A DNA stretch of 38,117 nt from Perkinsus olseni (taxonomy: Eukaryota): positions 1 to 38,117 of the forward strand of contig JABANN010000334.1 in assembly GCA_013115125.1 (NCBI GenBank). The letters run 5' to 3'. The notes below the pieces were generated by a model that did no database searches, was not told where the DNA came from, and saw only the letters and a program-made list of their open reading frames with translations. Within the stretch, counting starts at the first letter, position 1. Each line of letters begins with the position of its first letter. This document shows positions 22,300-34,568 of the stretch, piece after piece. Both the position numbers and the translations under genes were made by a program.

Positions 22300-24131
22300 G
22301 TAAAGACTATTTCGCGCCTATCTAAACCTCGTCAAATCCCTCCTGTGAAAACTATCTGTGAACACAATGTGTAGCGCACGTCGTGTAGAGCACAACAGCA
22401 ACACCAGGCACAACTGGGACTTCGGGCAGAATCCATGTTCAAGCTACTTGACTAATGAGACCAGCGGCGATTTTGAGTTTCTGAGCACACCGCCAGCGAG
22501 ACTGTTCGATAGTCTGACTCGATCATTGATCTATGTCGAGTCTAGTGATCATGCAATCGCAGTTTTACAACTCGATGAGTTCAACCCGATCCGGAGGGCG
22601 CCCTAGGACTAGCGAGATCTCGCTGGGTGATCTCTCCGGCGTACACTGACTAGCCGAGTCGTCACTGCCGAGCATGTTGGATATGAAACTCATAGGTGGT
22701 GGGGGCGAACTGCCACCAGACGATCTGACAAAGATGTTCGCAATCACTTCAGTCAAACACGATACCAAGAGAGCGATTCACACGAAATTTAGCGTCAGTT
22801 TGGCCGAGTGGTCTAAGGCGCCAGACTCAAGTTCTGGTGGAGAAATCCGCGTGGGTTCAAACCCCACAGCTGACATTCTACCAGAACTGGTAGAGTTGTT
22901 TCCTACTGACGCCCGGGTCTTACATAGATCGCGATGTTGAAGAGCTGGCTTCGAGTTCACTCTCGCTGGACTCGGACTCTGTATCCTCATTTTTGGTTCG
23001 TCTCTGAATTTCTTCTCGAAGTTCCGCAACTCGTTTGGTATACACGCTAACCTGCACGCACGGACATGTAACGGCGTGAATCATAAGAACAGAACGGCAG
23101 GGTTCGCTGAACAGGCCATTCCGGGATACTTCAGATGGATAGGGGAACCGTCGAGTCTTAGGAAGATCGTCTTCTACCATCCGTTCAGTTTTCTCGATCT
23201 GGACATCCCGCTTCTGTATCCGCTCACGGAGTTTCTCGTTTGATTCGACTGCGGATGCCAAAGCCTGTTCCACACGTGATATACTACTCAGCCGACTATA
23301 GAGGAGGTCTTGGCGCCGGCTCAGCTGAAACGATCCATTTGCACGCCTCTAGTAGAGGCGTATATCTCGTATCTTCTTTCAGAAGATAGACGGTGATACT
23401 TCCTCGTTCAATGCTTCCAGGTTGCCGGTGAGCTTTCTCGTGAGTTGCGTTTCCTCCTTCAGCCTGCCTTTCAGTAGGTTGCACTTGCGCAGTGTACAGC
23501 CACTCTGCTGCTCTTTGACCTAAAGCCAAGTCGGCCTTGGAAACATCACGGTGTTGTCTTGTTGGGGACAAGTCAGTTGTATTTCACCTCTAAGACCTTC
23601 AACATGTCCACCAAAACAGAAAACCGCGATCGGAATTCGGAAATACTCGATGGCAACATCGGAGGTTCCAGGAGGCGGAATAAATGATCAATGGACCCTG
23701 CGAATGGCCCATTGCTTGAACCTGAGTTCAGGCCGGCTCTCCAGTAAATGAACTGTGGACCCCCGAAAAGAAAATACCCTTGCGGCTCCGCAAGTGCTCT
23801 TCACTGGCATGCTGGGATACGCTGACTCGTTGACACGGCACAGCCGGGCCTGGGTGATATATTTGTATGAAGGTAGCACGCGGTGGGTGTTGCTCTCACC
23901 CGCAGCTCCGGTCGGTAAGCCTGTGCGCGACCAAGAGCTCTTCAACGCTCTGGCTCGACCCATACCTTCCCGAAAGTTCGAGGTCCGGGTGTTTCCCGCC
24001 TGACAGACACATGACCCTCTGTTCATAGTAGGAGGATTCAAAGATTTGATACAGAAACACATCGAGGGGACGCTCACCCGGGAAGACTCGATCCCAGAAG
24101 ACAAGACCTGTTCTCTGTCTTCCAGAATCAT
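22300..24131 (-). CDS. Multi-exon coiled-coil / Ser-rich protein of unknown function, host of tRNA copy 2. Ends approximate
   Basis: Minus-strand exons VEQALASAVESNEKLRERIQKRDVQIEKTE, VSVYTKRVAELREEIQRRTKNEDTESES and SSGGSSPPPPMS. The last two join in frame across intron 22923-22725. Confidence 0.6.
22794..22875 (+). tRNA. tRNA-Leu(CAA), copy 2, in an intron and antisense to its host gene
   Basis: Identical to copy 1 over 82 nt except the T-loop (GGTTCAAAC vs GGTTCGAAC), which still fits the GTTCRA B-box. Confidence 0.96.
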
Positions 24132-24240
24132 CGCACGTTAAGGACAGAAACTGCTGTACAGAACAAGCACGTATCCATTGATCGGAACTCGACAGAGGAA
24201 GTACTAAAGTCGTAGAAACGTTCCTGTGGCAGAGGCTGCA

Positions 24241-26184
24241 CTAGAGGTCGTCAATGTCACGGAAAAAGGCCTTCGTGTTCGCCTTCTTCGCGTTTACACT
24301 AGCGGTGTTCTTCTGTTTACCGACCTGCGCCGCTTTTCTTTTCAGTTTCTGCCGTTTTGCCCTCGTCATCTTCTTCAGCTCTTCCTCATCCTTAGACTCT
24401 ATGTCTGAGTCCTTCGTCTCGCCCGCAGCCATCTTGAGAGCATCTTGTACCCTCCAGAATTTTACGTGGTAATCCTGCCCGACAGTCGCCACAAGCCCCT
24501 CGTCTAGATCAGCATGCATACTCTCTATTTCCGCAGCCAACGGCTTTCCCGTAGAAGCGTCCGTGTGGCCGCCAAGAACTCCTCGTACTGCATTTGGGAA
24601 AACGCAGAAAACTCTGACGTATCCGTCTCCGCCTCCGCATACAACCGTAGAGTCATCGAGTGCAATCATGTTGTCCAGCGACGTGACATTCTGCATGTGC
24701 GTAATTCTGTCCCTCACATCGCCCCAGTAATCATAGTTCCAGATCCCCACGACGCCGTTCTGGTCGCCGGTGAGCAATTTCTTGCTATCCTTCACTAAGC
24801 ACATGGACAGAAGCTCATTCTCTTGATTGTCACTCATAGCCTTCAACTTCTGTTTGTTGTACCGAAGATCATAGCAACCAAGAGTTGCATCACCCGAGGT
24901 GGACAGCAGTGACTTTCCGTCATTCTCAACGAGTAACTGCGTGATGTAGTCCTCCTGGAGGTCCTCATCTGGGAACTTGACAACAGTACCTGGGGACGCA
25001 AGGCACGGATTTTCCACGCCAGCACTTTCATCCTATCGAATCAATGCTGCGTGAGTTAAATCCGACTCGAGCGTGCGAGAACTAAGCGGTCAATCCTAGG
25101 GTAATGCGCGTTGAGAGGATGCACAAGTCGCAATGAACCAGTGACTTTACGGGTTGGCGCAGACGTTGATTAGAGAGAATACGTAACCTCGAAGCATGAG
25201 AACATACCCCAGTAAGTTGCAGTCCCGTACTCGTTCAGGTGACAGTTTACGAGTCGAAAAACCGGATACGCTGAGAATTTGTGGAGGGAGGTACGTGACG
25301 TACCTCCGGCCCGCAGCAAATCTCAGCGGCCTTGTAACTTCAGTTCCGGGTATGCATGGAGAACGGTTGCCACAACGGACTTAATAGCAGCGCACTAGCC
25401 TCCACCCAAAGTACTACTTTTCTTCCCGTGTATTCGAGGGTCGAATGCTAAAATTTGACCCTCATCGGATCCCGCCGCCACCAGTCCCGTGTCATTTATC
25501 ACTTCCATTGTGGAAACTCCTGCATTCATTTTACTGGAGAGCCACAGCTGTTTACCCGAGCGATCGTTTTGGGACACCCTGAGAGTTCAATTTGACAAGC
25601 ATGACCACCGCGAGTAGCGCATCCAATGAACTTGAGAGTAGATGAATGCAGAAACTACGTGTGAACATGCGCTAAGCCAAGCTTTCTGCACGGCCGAGCA
25701 ATAACAAAGTCGCAGCCACAATGGACCCTATGGGGGGTGGCTTACGTTCCATCAGCGGACCCAGACATCATCCAGTCCCCTTGCGTCGGCTGCCACCGCA
25801 CAACTCGGCAACTCTGTCGGTGTGTGTGGAAATGGCCAGCCTTTTCTACAACGCGCGATTCTTGATCGTACCTGGGAGAACCAAAACGACGCTACCGAAA
25901 GAGTTCCAGTAGCCGTGTACGAACACATTTCCGTGAGGACAACGATCCCCATTGAAATATGCGATTACGTGTCGTAACGATGCTTCACGACAAGAGCGTA
26001 CAACGACTACTGCCCCCCCCCGACGAGGCGAGCTGATGGGCGGCTAGAAACCTTACGTATGAAATATGACATCGCCTGATATCGTCGCTGACGCTAGCAG
26101 TTGCTCAGCTGGGTGGAATCGCACGTCAAAGGTGTGCTCTGGTAGGATTATGTCCGGCAGCGGTGGCAGCGAAGTCGGAGCCAT
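24241..26184 (-). CDS. WDR55: WD40-repeat protein, WDR55/JIP5-like, multi-exon
   Basis: First exon MAPTSLPPLPDIILPEHTFDVRFHPAEQLLASATISGDV; middle exon LVAAGSDEGQILAFDPR; last exon EDYITQL...LLSTSGDATLGCYDLR...SDNQENELLSMCLVKDSKKLLTGDQNGVVGIW...GGDGYVRV..VFPN...LGGH; terminal basic tail ending FFRDIDDL. Confidence 0.82.
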
Positions 26185-26811
26185 TCTCGGACAGTCGGAG
26201 AAGACGACGGCTAAGTTTACGCAAAATCAGACATATATTTCCCCAAGAGCTTCGGCTTTGAGCCCATCCTGGTTAGTGTTCATGCAACTTCCGAGCAAGG
26301 GAACTTCCGCGCGAATCTCCACAGCAATGCCCCCGTGAAAATTGCGAGAACGGCAAGAACCAAGTTGCACCGCGCGAGAGCATCGATTACCATGGCGGGC
26401 GCTAATCAACTTCGATACTTGCGTTCAGCACGAGAGTAGCCCGCGGTAAGACTACATGAACAAGGGAGCCTATGCCGGCTCAGATTATATCTTTTGGTTC
26501 AGCGCGGTAATGCGTTTCGGGCCCTAGCCCGGTAAGTTCGTGTGCTTCTCAAGAACTGCTCGTTGCAGGCAAGACTTGTGTTCCCACAGACAAGACGAGT
26601 CTTCCGCTTAGGTCCAGAGAAGAACGCGTGGTGGCTTACTAGTTCTCAGCGCATTTTTCCTTCTTTCTTTGTTGGCCTCCTCCTTCTCCTACTCCTCCTA
26701 CTTGTTATAACCTTAGTATTTTCGCGGAGTAATACTGAAAAGAGTCCATTCATTGTTATTTGGCATCAGTAACAACTAGTGCAGTTGATAACAAGCCTTG
26801 AAGAAGAAGTG

Positions 26812-26841
26812 CAGCAGCAACAACAACAACAACAACAGCAG
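26812..26841 (+). repeat. CAG/CAA trinucleotide microsatellite just upstream of the first PTB-like start codon
   Basis: Reads cagcagcaacaacaacaacaacaacagcag, about 20 nt before the ATG at 26862. Confidence 0.8.
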
Positions 26842-26861
26842 TCGAAGATAAAGAAATAGAT

Positions 26862-29466
26862 ATGTCTGAACAACAACAGGATCACCAACCTGAGCAGCAG
26901 CAGCCCGGCGCCGGACAGCCAATGGCACCGCAGTTGCCTCAGAGCTCAGGCGATATGCCAGTTATCGCTAGTTTCGGAGGGAACGGAGGCGGTCAGAGTC
27001 CAACGAGAGTGAGTCTCACGCCCTGTGAGCCGTAGCTCGGCCGTCATTCTTGCACCGCTCTTTTAGGAAGCCGGTTCTCCTTCTCAACCAGCTCATCAGC
27101 CGTCGAAGGTATGCTCAACCCCCGCATGGCTCCAGCGAGACTTTTGGCACTCCTCAGGTTTTATATGTGCGTAACATTTCAGAGTCAGTGACAGAGCAAG
27201 ATATTATCGCCTATTGTCTCACGTTCGGAAGAGTCGTTAATATTCTGTTGCTGAGAGACAAGAGGCACGGATTCATAGAGTTTGAGGTGAGTCCGTGTCA
27301 GTCCGTCCAGTTAGTGGTTCGCAACGTTGCATCTCCGCAGGACGAATCTTCCGCGATCAAGTGTTATAACTATTACAACACGAACCCGCTGCTCGTCACC
27401 GGTCACAGGCTAGAGTTTGCCTTCTCGGGCAGGACCGAGATCACAGCCAGAAGGGTAACGCTCTACTCTCTATCTCCTCTCATAGTACTCCGCCTGTGAG
27501 CGATGGCACTCTTTCAGGATCCCGATTCCAATCCGCCAAACCGGATTCTGTTGTTCACAATAACGAATCTTGTATATCCCGTTACCGTTGACGTCATATC
27601 TCAAGTGAGTTCGCGGGTGGTGCGATGCTGCGTTGCACTTCAACGATGTGAGAGTACGCGACTCTCTTGGCCCGGCGACCTCACGTTCAATGTTGAATTC
27701 TCATAACCCATCTTGCTGCACTATTCCGCGTCTCAGGTGATGAATAAGTTTGGTGGATTAGAGAAGGTTATCGTGTTCAACCGCGGGAATGCGGTCCAGG
27801 CCCTCGTGCAACTGGCTGACGTGGAGACGGCGAGTGAGCAACGCCCAGTGACAGCTGTCTTTGAAAAAGCTTTATCTCTTATGCAGACATAGCCAAGGAG
27901 CAGTTGGATGGGCAGAACATATATGCTGGGTGTAACACTATCAAAGTACAGTACTCCTCGCTACCTCAGTTGGAGATCAAGCACAATAACGAGAGAAGTT
28001 GGGACTTTACCAACCCGAACTTGCTCTGTGAGCCTGTTCTTCCCTTCTCGCTCGGAAAATTTACTCCTTTCAGCCGGCAGTGTTGGAGGTGGCAGTAGTC
28101 TCACACCTTCTCACCAACAGCAGCTGCTGGGCGGAGCAGCGGGCGGGCAGTCTCCCGCCAATCTCATGGCCAACTTCAATTACGTCCAGGCCATGAACGC
28201 GTTGTCGCAAGCTAACCTCCAGGTGGGTGATCAGCGAGTGGTGGAACTAACCATCCCACGGTTCCATGTTAGAACCCCTCGGCGGCTATGGCGGCCGCGG
28301 CAGCGGCACTTCAAGCAAGTATGGGTGGTGGAGCTAGTGGTGGGCTAACGGCAGCTGGTGGCTTCAGCACACCTACTGCTGCTGGTAGTCAGCGCCCAAG
28401 TTATATCACGTGTAACGCCCTAGCTTCCTCAGGGGCAGCCCCGGTGGTAATCGTACACGGGCTCAATGAGCAAGAGACGAGACCTGATGATCTGGCAGCT
28501 CTTTTCGCCGTCTACGGTAACGTGGTTAGAGTGAAGATTATGTTCAAAGCGAGGCATACCGCTCTGGTAAGCTCCCAGTTCGCTTGCGCGAGGCCGAGCG
28601 ACTCGAGAGACTGTAGGTACAGATGCAGGACATGCAACAGTGTCGTACGGCCATATCGTATCTACAAGACGTCTGGCTCCATGGGAACCAACTCACAATG
28701 GAGATGAGCAAAGGAGGGAACATACCACCAATCCCACCCAGTATGATCTCGGGAAGCTCCGTTTACGCTATCTTATTCCTTTCCGTTGTTTGTTGCCCCA
28801 AGTTCCTGCCGCACGGGGAATCAAGAGAGTCTTAGGTACACCTTCAAACCGTGCTGGAGTAGAGCTTCTTACGAAGGACTACTCGTCCCAAGGCAACCTT
28901 TACGGTCGTCACAGGATCGATAAGATGACCAAGCCCTATGCTCCCAGCACTAGTTTGCATATCTCCAACATGCCTGATAATTGCACTGAGCAGGTGAGGC
29001 TTCATACGTTCGCTGCTCGAGCGTTATCCCCTTCCTTTCAGGACCTAGCCAACGTGCTGGCGTCGGTGGGATGCCAGTTCTCGAACATCCGTTTCCTCGA
29101 CGAGCAACATCATATTGCCATAGTGCAATGTCTCACTCTTGACAACGCCATCAGCACTTTGTGCCGTGCTCATGGAAGGTAAAAACCCTCAGTTGTTCGT
29201 GCTACTGCCCAATTTCCACTGCATAACTCGGTTCGACGCTGATGGCCCTTTTAGGCAGTTTTTCCTCTCTCAGACTCGTCGGCAATTCTCCCAGACCATG
29301 TCGTATCGGCTTTGGCCACGGCGTCACTGGTCCGAGTCCCGGCAGCAGGAGGTCACAGTCACAGCACGGCATGCAGTCGCCTGTAGCCCCACAAATGCTT
29401 CTGGCGAGTGTGAGGCAACAACAGGGCAGCTTCCACGCGGACCAGGGTGTCAACCAGAACTTCTAA
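26862..29466 (+). CDS. PTB/hnRNP-L family 4-RRM RNA-binding protein, paralogue 1
   Basis: PSK|VLYVRNI...[21 protein letters not shown] (RRM1); [22 protein letters not shown]...QALVQ...LDGQNIYAGCNTIKVQYS...NNERSWDFTNPNL (RRM2); [29 protein letters not shown] (RRM3); APSTSLHISNMP (RRM4). GT-AG introns. Confidence 0.93.
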
Positions 29467-30389
29467 GTTGAGATTAATTATGATGTCTACCAAAAAAACC
29501 CTGCAGTCTACCTTGAAGGCACAAGGTCGTCTAACGTCTTGGGTCTCTTAAGCTAGTCAGTGGTGGACGTCTTTTCTTCGTAATATGAAGTTGTCTTTAT
29601 ATCATCTCTCCTTCCTAGAGGGACTCTGGTTGATCTTATCACAATTGTATGGAGCATTGGTATCGCTATATTAATCAATTATATCATGCTCGGCTACCGC
29701 GGGCCATTTCTTCGAGTGCTTTGGGTGGTGTCGTTACTTCGGTCACAATAAAAAATGTTGAAGCCTGTTGACGCCTTCGAGTGTGTACATCTGCGAGACG
29801 TCTCTTTAACCTATTATCTTAACCGAAGTGGAGGCTATTACTACCTAGCGAGGTTTTAACGTTGCATAAGTCGTGCATTTCTCTTATTGGGTGTCCGTAT
29901 TGTTCTGCTTGCGGCGTATCATGATACTCATGTCGTCGTCTTGCATCTACCAGTTGTATGTGATCACACCCGAGAAAGTTGTCGTCGTAGTCAGTTGTAC
30001 CTCGGTCCTTGTGTAGTCGCCTGCCCAGAGTGACTTACACAGGATGATAGGTATCAATGTTATATTGTGATTCTCTAGGAGACCAGGAGCTCGGTGATTG
30101 ATAGTGATAAGTTGTTACTGAGTTGTGGTCATTGTGACGATCATACGAGGGTTATTTTTTGAGACGATTTGATAACCTCTGAATCGTTGATGGATCTATA
30201 CGTGAGTTGAGTCTTTGGTTGAGTCATGTCAATTAATCTCCAATAAGAATCGGTCTGAACGTTGCAACGTCTTGGACGTGGTACTAGGTGGTTGTCCGGC
30301 CGTTACCCACTGTCGTCTCGTCGCAGTAGTAGCCCTCCTCAGAAATAAGTGGTTGATGCCTTTAGGTTTCCTTCGATAATTTTTCCACT

Positions 30390-33164
30390 ATGAATGCGAA
30401 CAGACTCCATCGCTATCGCCAGGAAACTGAAGTAGCAGCCGTTCCGTGACGCTCTATTCGACCCGCCCCAGCTACCTCCGTCTCAGGCTTCACAAGGGGC
30501 TGATAGAAGTGATGTGGCTAAACCGAGACCTCCTCAATCGCGAGTAAGACCTTACTGCGCTGAATTTTCAGAATATCCTCTCACGTTGTTATCGGCAGAT
30601 CCTCTATTTACGGGGCATTCCTATGTCGCTAAGCGAGGAGGAGCTGACAAGCTACTGCGAGACCTTTGGTAAAATTACGAAGGTGCTGATACTGCGGGAT
30701 AAACGTCACGGCTTTGTGGAGTTCGAGGTGATAACGGTCAGGGTTCCGGCAACTCCAGCCGGCTCAACCAGTCGCAGCGACGCTACGACTCGCAAGGGTC
30801 CTCTCAATTGGGGGCTCGGGCTTCATCCAGCTGGGTGAGGCTCCTCCTCAGACGACTGACGAAGCATTGGCGTGCCTCACGTACGCCTCCGGCCATCCCC
30901 TTCATGTTTGCGGACAGCGTGTGACTTTCGAGATGTCAAAGTGTTCTCAAATAACAGGGCGAACGGTAATATAGCGTATATCGCGATGTCTGGGAGTGTG
31001 TGCATGCGTGCGCACGCTGTGGACTATGCTCGTGTTCTTTGCTGGGCCCAACTCGGACACTTCTATCGACTGTAAGATATTCATTGTTTCGCAGTATCCA
31101 GAGATCTGCGACCCCAGCCCCGTACTTCTCTTCACTGTTAGTAACATAGTCTATCCCGTAGATATCACCATGATTTCCCAGGTAAGCCGGTCCGGGGCAC
31201 TTTCGTCTGCGTCGCGCATATTATTGTCCTCATCGGCTCTTGGCTCAGCATTCTCGCGTTCCAAGAACTTCTTTCTTTGATATCCACGGCAAAATTATGT
31301 GATGGCTAGGGCGGTGCATATTTTGGTGTTTCAGATTATGTCCCGCTATGGCCGTGACTCTATGAGGAGGGTCATAGTCTTTCATCGTGGCGCGGTGATG
31401 CATGCTCTCGTAGAGACAAAAAACCAAGAAATTGCAGGTAGTAAGGTGGCGACTCAGGGCGTTATTTGGTGGTTTCTTGGGGTCAGATCGAGTGAAGACA
31501 GAGCTCGATGGCCAGAATATCTTCACACAGTGCAACACGCTACGTGTTCACTATTCCTCATTCCGTCAACTTCATGTGAAATACAACAATGAGCGTTCCT
31601 GGGACTTCACTAATGGCGCCCTCAGTGGTACGTGAGTATTTTGATGACGTCATGCCATGTCGGTTTGCGTGGACGATTCGACGCGTCGTCAACACTGCAC
31701 GTTCGCTTGGCTTAGAAGTGATCTTTGGTCTTATCTGTACTGCTCTGTATCCCTGTTCAGCTGGCTACGTGAACACAAGGTCACTTCACTTGTCGGAAGC
31801 GGCGCTGCGCAGGCACATACATTCTGCCCTATCTCGTCAGACTAGGGCTCATCATAGCTCCGTTCGTGAAAGTAAGCCCCTACCTTCGTGGAGAACTTCG
31901 GACGCCAGGGCAGATGGCCCAGCTCTTCCCATAGTGGAGTTCTCATTCCTCGTTGATGTTCCGACTCGTTCCCGGACTATCAGATTCCGATATGCCGGTC
32001 GTCTTTGTGACCACCCACACAGACGCCTCGCTGTCCTGCAACGACTTGGCTGCGCTGTTCGCTGTCTATGCAGATGTTCATACAGTGAAGGTCGTTCAGG
32101 AGCCGCGCCCGTGCGCTATTGTACTATCTCTCATCTGACTCGCGTCCCGCGATCTAGGCTTGGAGCTCACTGACGCTGGCCAGTCTCGCTCATTGTGACC
32201 TCGCTTCTCAGCAGCGATTCCATTTACTCTCAGGTGCATCTGTCCAATTTCGAGCAGTGTAGGACAGCTGTGCGATTCCTCTCCGGCTTGGAGGTTCATG
32301 GACACCTCCTCGAACTTGACATAAACCGTCGAGAAAAGTCCATGCCCTCATCGGTGGCGACGGCGTTGGAAACCCTGCGCCGCGGGATCGATGGTAATGT
32401 GGCGACTGCTGCTCGAGGCAGCTGCATTTGTTCGGGTCAGATAGCACGTTGGGTGGCGCCGAGGCTCCGGTGCTCACCCAGGACTACTCCACCCAAGGTT
32501 ATTTGTATGCGAGGCGCGGCCAAAACGCTAATAGCTTCCTTTGCCCTCCTAACTGCATTCTACACCTTTCGAATCTACCCTTTGTGGCTACCGACAAGGT
32601 AGACCACTATCAGCCTGCGGGGAGTTGTATGCAGATTTACTTTACGATCGTCACAGGCGCCCCGTATGTTCATATCTGTTAGGACGTCCGTCGGTTCATA
32701 ACTGGCCTGGGATTCGAACCGCCCGTAAAAACGGAGTTCGTCACAGATCGACAAGGCCGTTCAATCGGCGTCGCTCTGGTCACCTTCGAGTGCTTGCAAG
32801 ATGCAGTAGAGGTCCTGTGCCTCGCTCACGGCAGGTTAGTCTTGACTGGTTGACCCAGTGAGTTTACGAAGCGGGTAACACGTTCCTTGTCAGGATCATC
32901 GGCGACCCGCCAAGGCGTGTTCGAATTGGATTTGGAGATGAACACGAAAGATTTCAACGTTTGGCCGACAAGCTCTACGGATCCGAGTATTGCCTTCAAA
33001 AAGGAGATGATATGGACTCGGTCGGATCCAATCCGAGGCATGACACCATCCATAACCCGGCCCCCGCCCTTGCCGCATCTCCGCATGCGCGCCCGCCTGT
33101 CGATAGATCGGAACAAGACTCTGGTGTCGACGGCGCTCACTTCCGTTCTAGTACGTTGTACTGA
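30390..33164 (+). CDS. PTB/hnRNP-L family 4-RRM protein, paralogue 2 (divergent)
   Basis: ILYLRGIP...[47 protein letters not shown]...[42 protein letters not shown]. The junctions traced splice in frame to a stop at 33164. The start is tentative. Confidence 0.88.
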
Positions 33165-34568
33165 GTAGCTTTTTTATTATTTGTTTTGTCCACCGTTCCG
33201 ACTGTTTGTTACCCCCGAACTTCTTTGCGTATTTCGTATAAAGCTCAGCGTTTTTTCGACTTATGAACATTGAGCGGAAAGAAGCCTCAACCTGTGCTTT
33301 TGTACGATACTTCTCCTGCTCTCAATGAACCTGACCTGCTCTCTTGATCTTGCAGCATCATTCTACAATTACACTCGATCGTCGTGCGTTACAGATAACA
33401 AAAACGATCATGCCAGTTGGCTGCTGTCACTCGGCCGGCGACCACGCCTCGCAGCTCATATTTTCCTGTGGGAATATAATACCTGTTGCGTGAGTTGATT
33501 GATCTGGTTGCTACCGGATGAAGTCATTCGAGCAGGTTGACTGACGAAACCCCCCTCCCACTCAGAGTGGGTACAGCTCAGCGCCGTCAATGTTAGCAAG
33601 TTTCTTCGCACTATACCCTTCGTTTCGCACTCATTACTCGAAGTTGACTATATTTGGTGCACTAGATGAGTACCTGCTTTTGCCGTAACTACCCTCTGGA
33701 GAGTGAATCTACGTCAGGATAACGCACTGATAGCCCCAAACTCTGAGTTTGAAGGGTGAGTTTGAAACTCGCCCTTCTCTGCCCTCGGTGGTAAGAATGC
33801 CCTACTCTTCCAGTATCTCAGATGTTCTTCTCTCCCTGTGAGATAGCCTAGCGGATATGATAGGAAAAAAATAGCGCCGTCTTCTGGTTGGAGAAATTGT
33901 GACACACAATTCGAGATTGTCCCTGCTGTGCTAGAGGAACTACCACTTCTAGTGAACTTGGTTCTTCTGGTCATTTTCGCCACGCGGATACTTCCCTAGT
34001 TCCGTCGATTATAGGGTGTCTTCTTATCGGTCTTCAGATGGGTGGAGTGATCGTGATGTGCGTGAGGTGCCCTCGGTCTCGTTCTCGGAGGTTAAGCTAA
34101 GAGAAGCCCCGCGCTACTAGCGAGACAGCCACGGCCCCTTTCGTGCTGTAGTTGTGAGTGTTAGTTGTAGTTGTAGTTTTAGTTGTGAATCAGAACGCTT
34201 CGTTCTTGGTTGTGGTCTTCCGTTCAGCGAGTGTTGCCTTCGTAGACTGTTTGGGTTTCTCTCTCCAAACTCTTGTCTGCTATTCCCCACCCTTGTCGTC
34301 GAAGAAGTGGCCCCCTATCGTCGTCGACTTGAGTAATCGTTTTTTTCAACCAGGATCTACTGTGGCAAGTTACTGTCTATTCTTTGCGAAGCACTCCGCG
34401 CGTCGTTTACTACTACTACTACTATTGTCCACAGCATTCTCTTCAACAACTACACTTGTAGTACTACTAGCTTAACGAGCATCCACACAGCCTCATTGTA
34501 CCAAGACCTTTATTGTTTCTCTGTCGTCCCCATTTACCACTATAGTATCATCAAACTATCGAACGAGT

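Noticed and set aside
31238-31247. TCTTGGCTCA, resembling the 3' part of the perkinsid/dinoflagellate spliced leader
   Set aside because: Only 10 nt match, it lies inside an intron, and it lacks the 5' half of the leader and the following donor.
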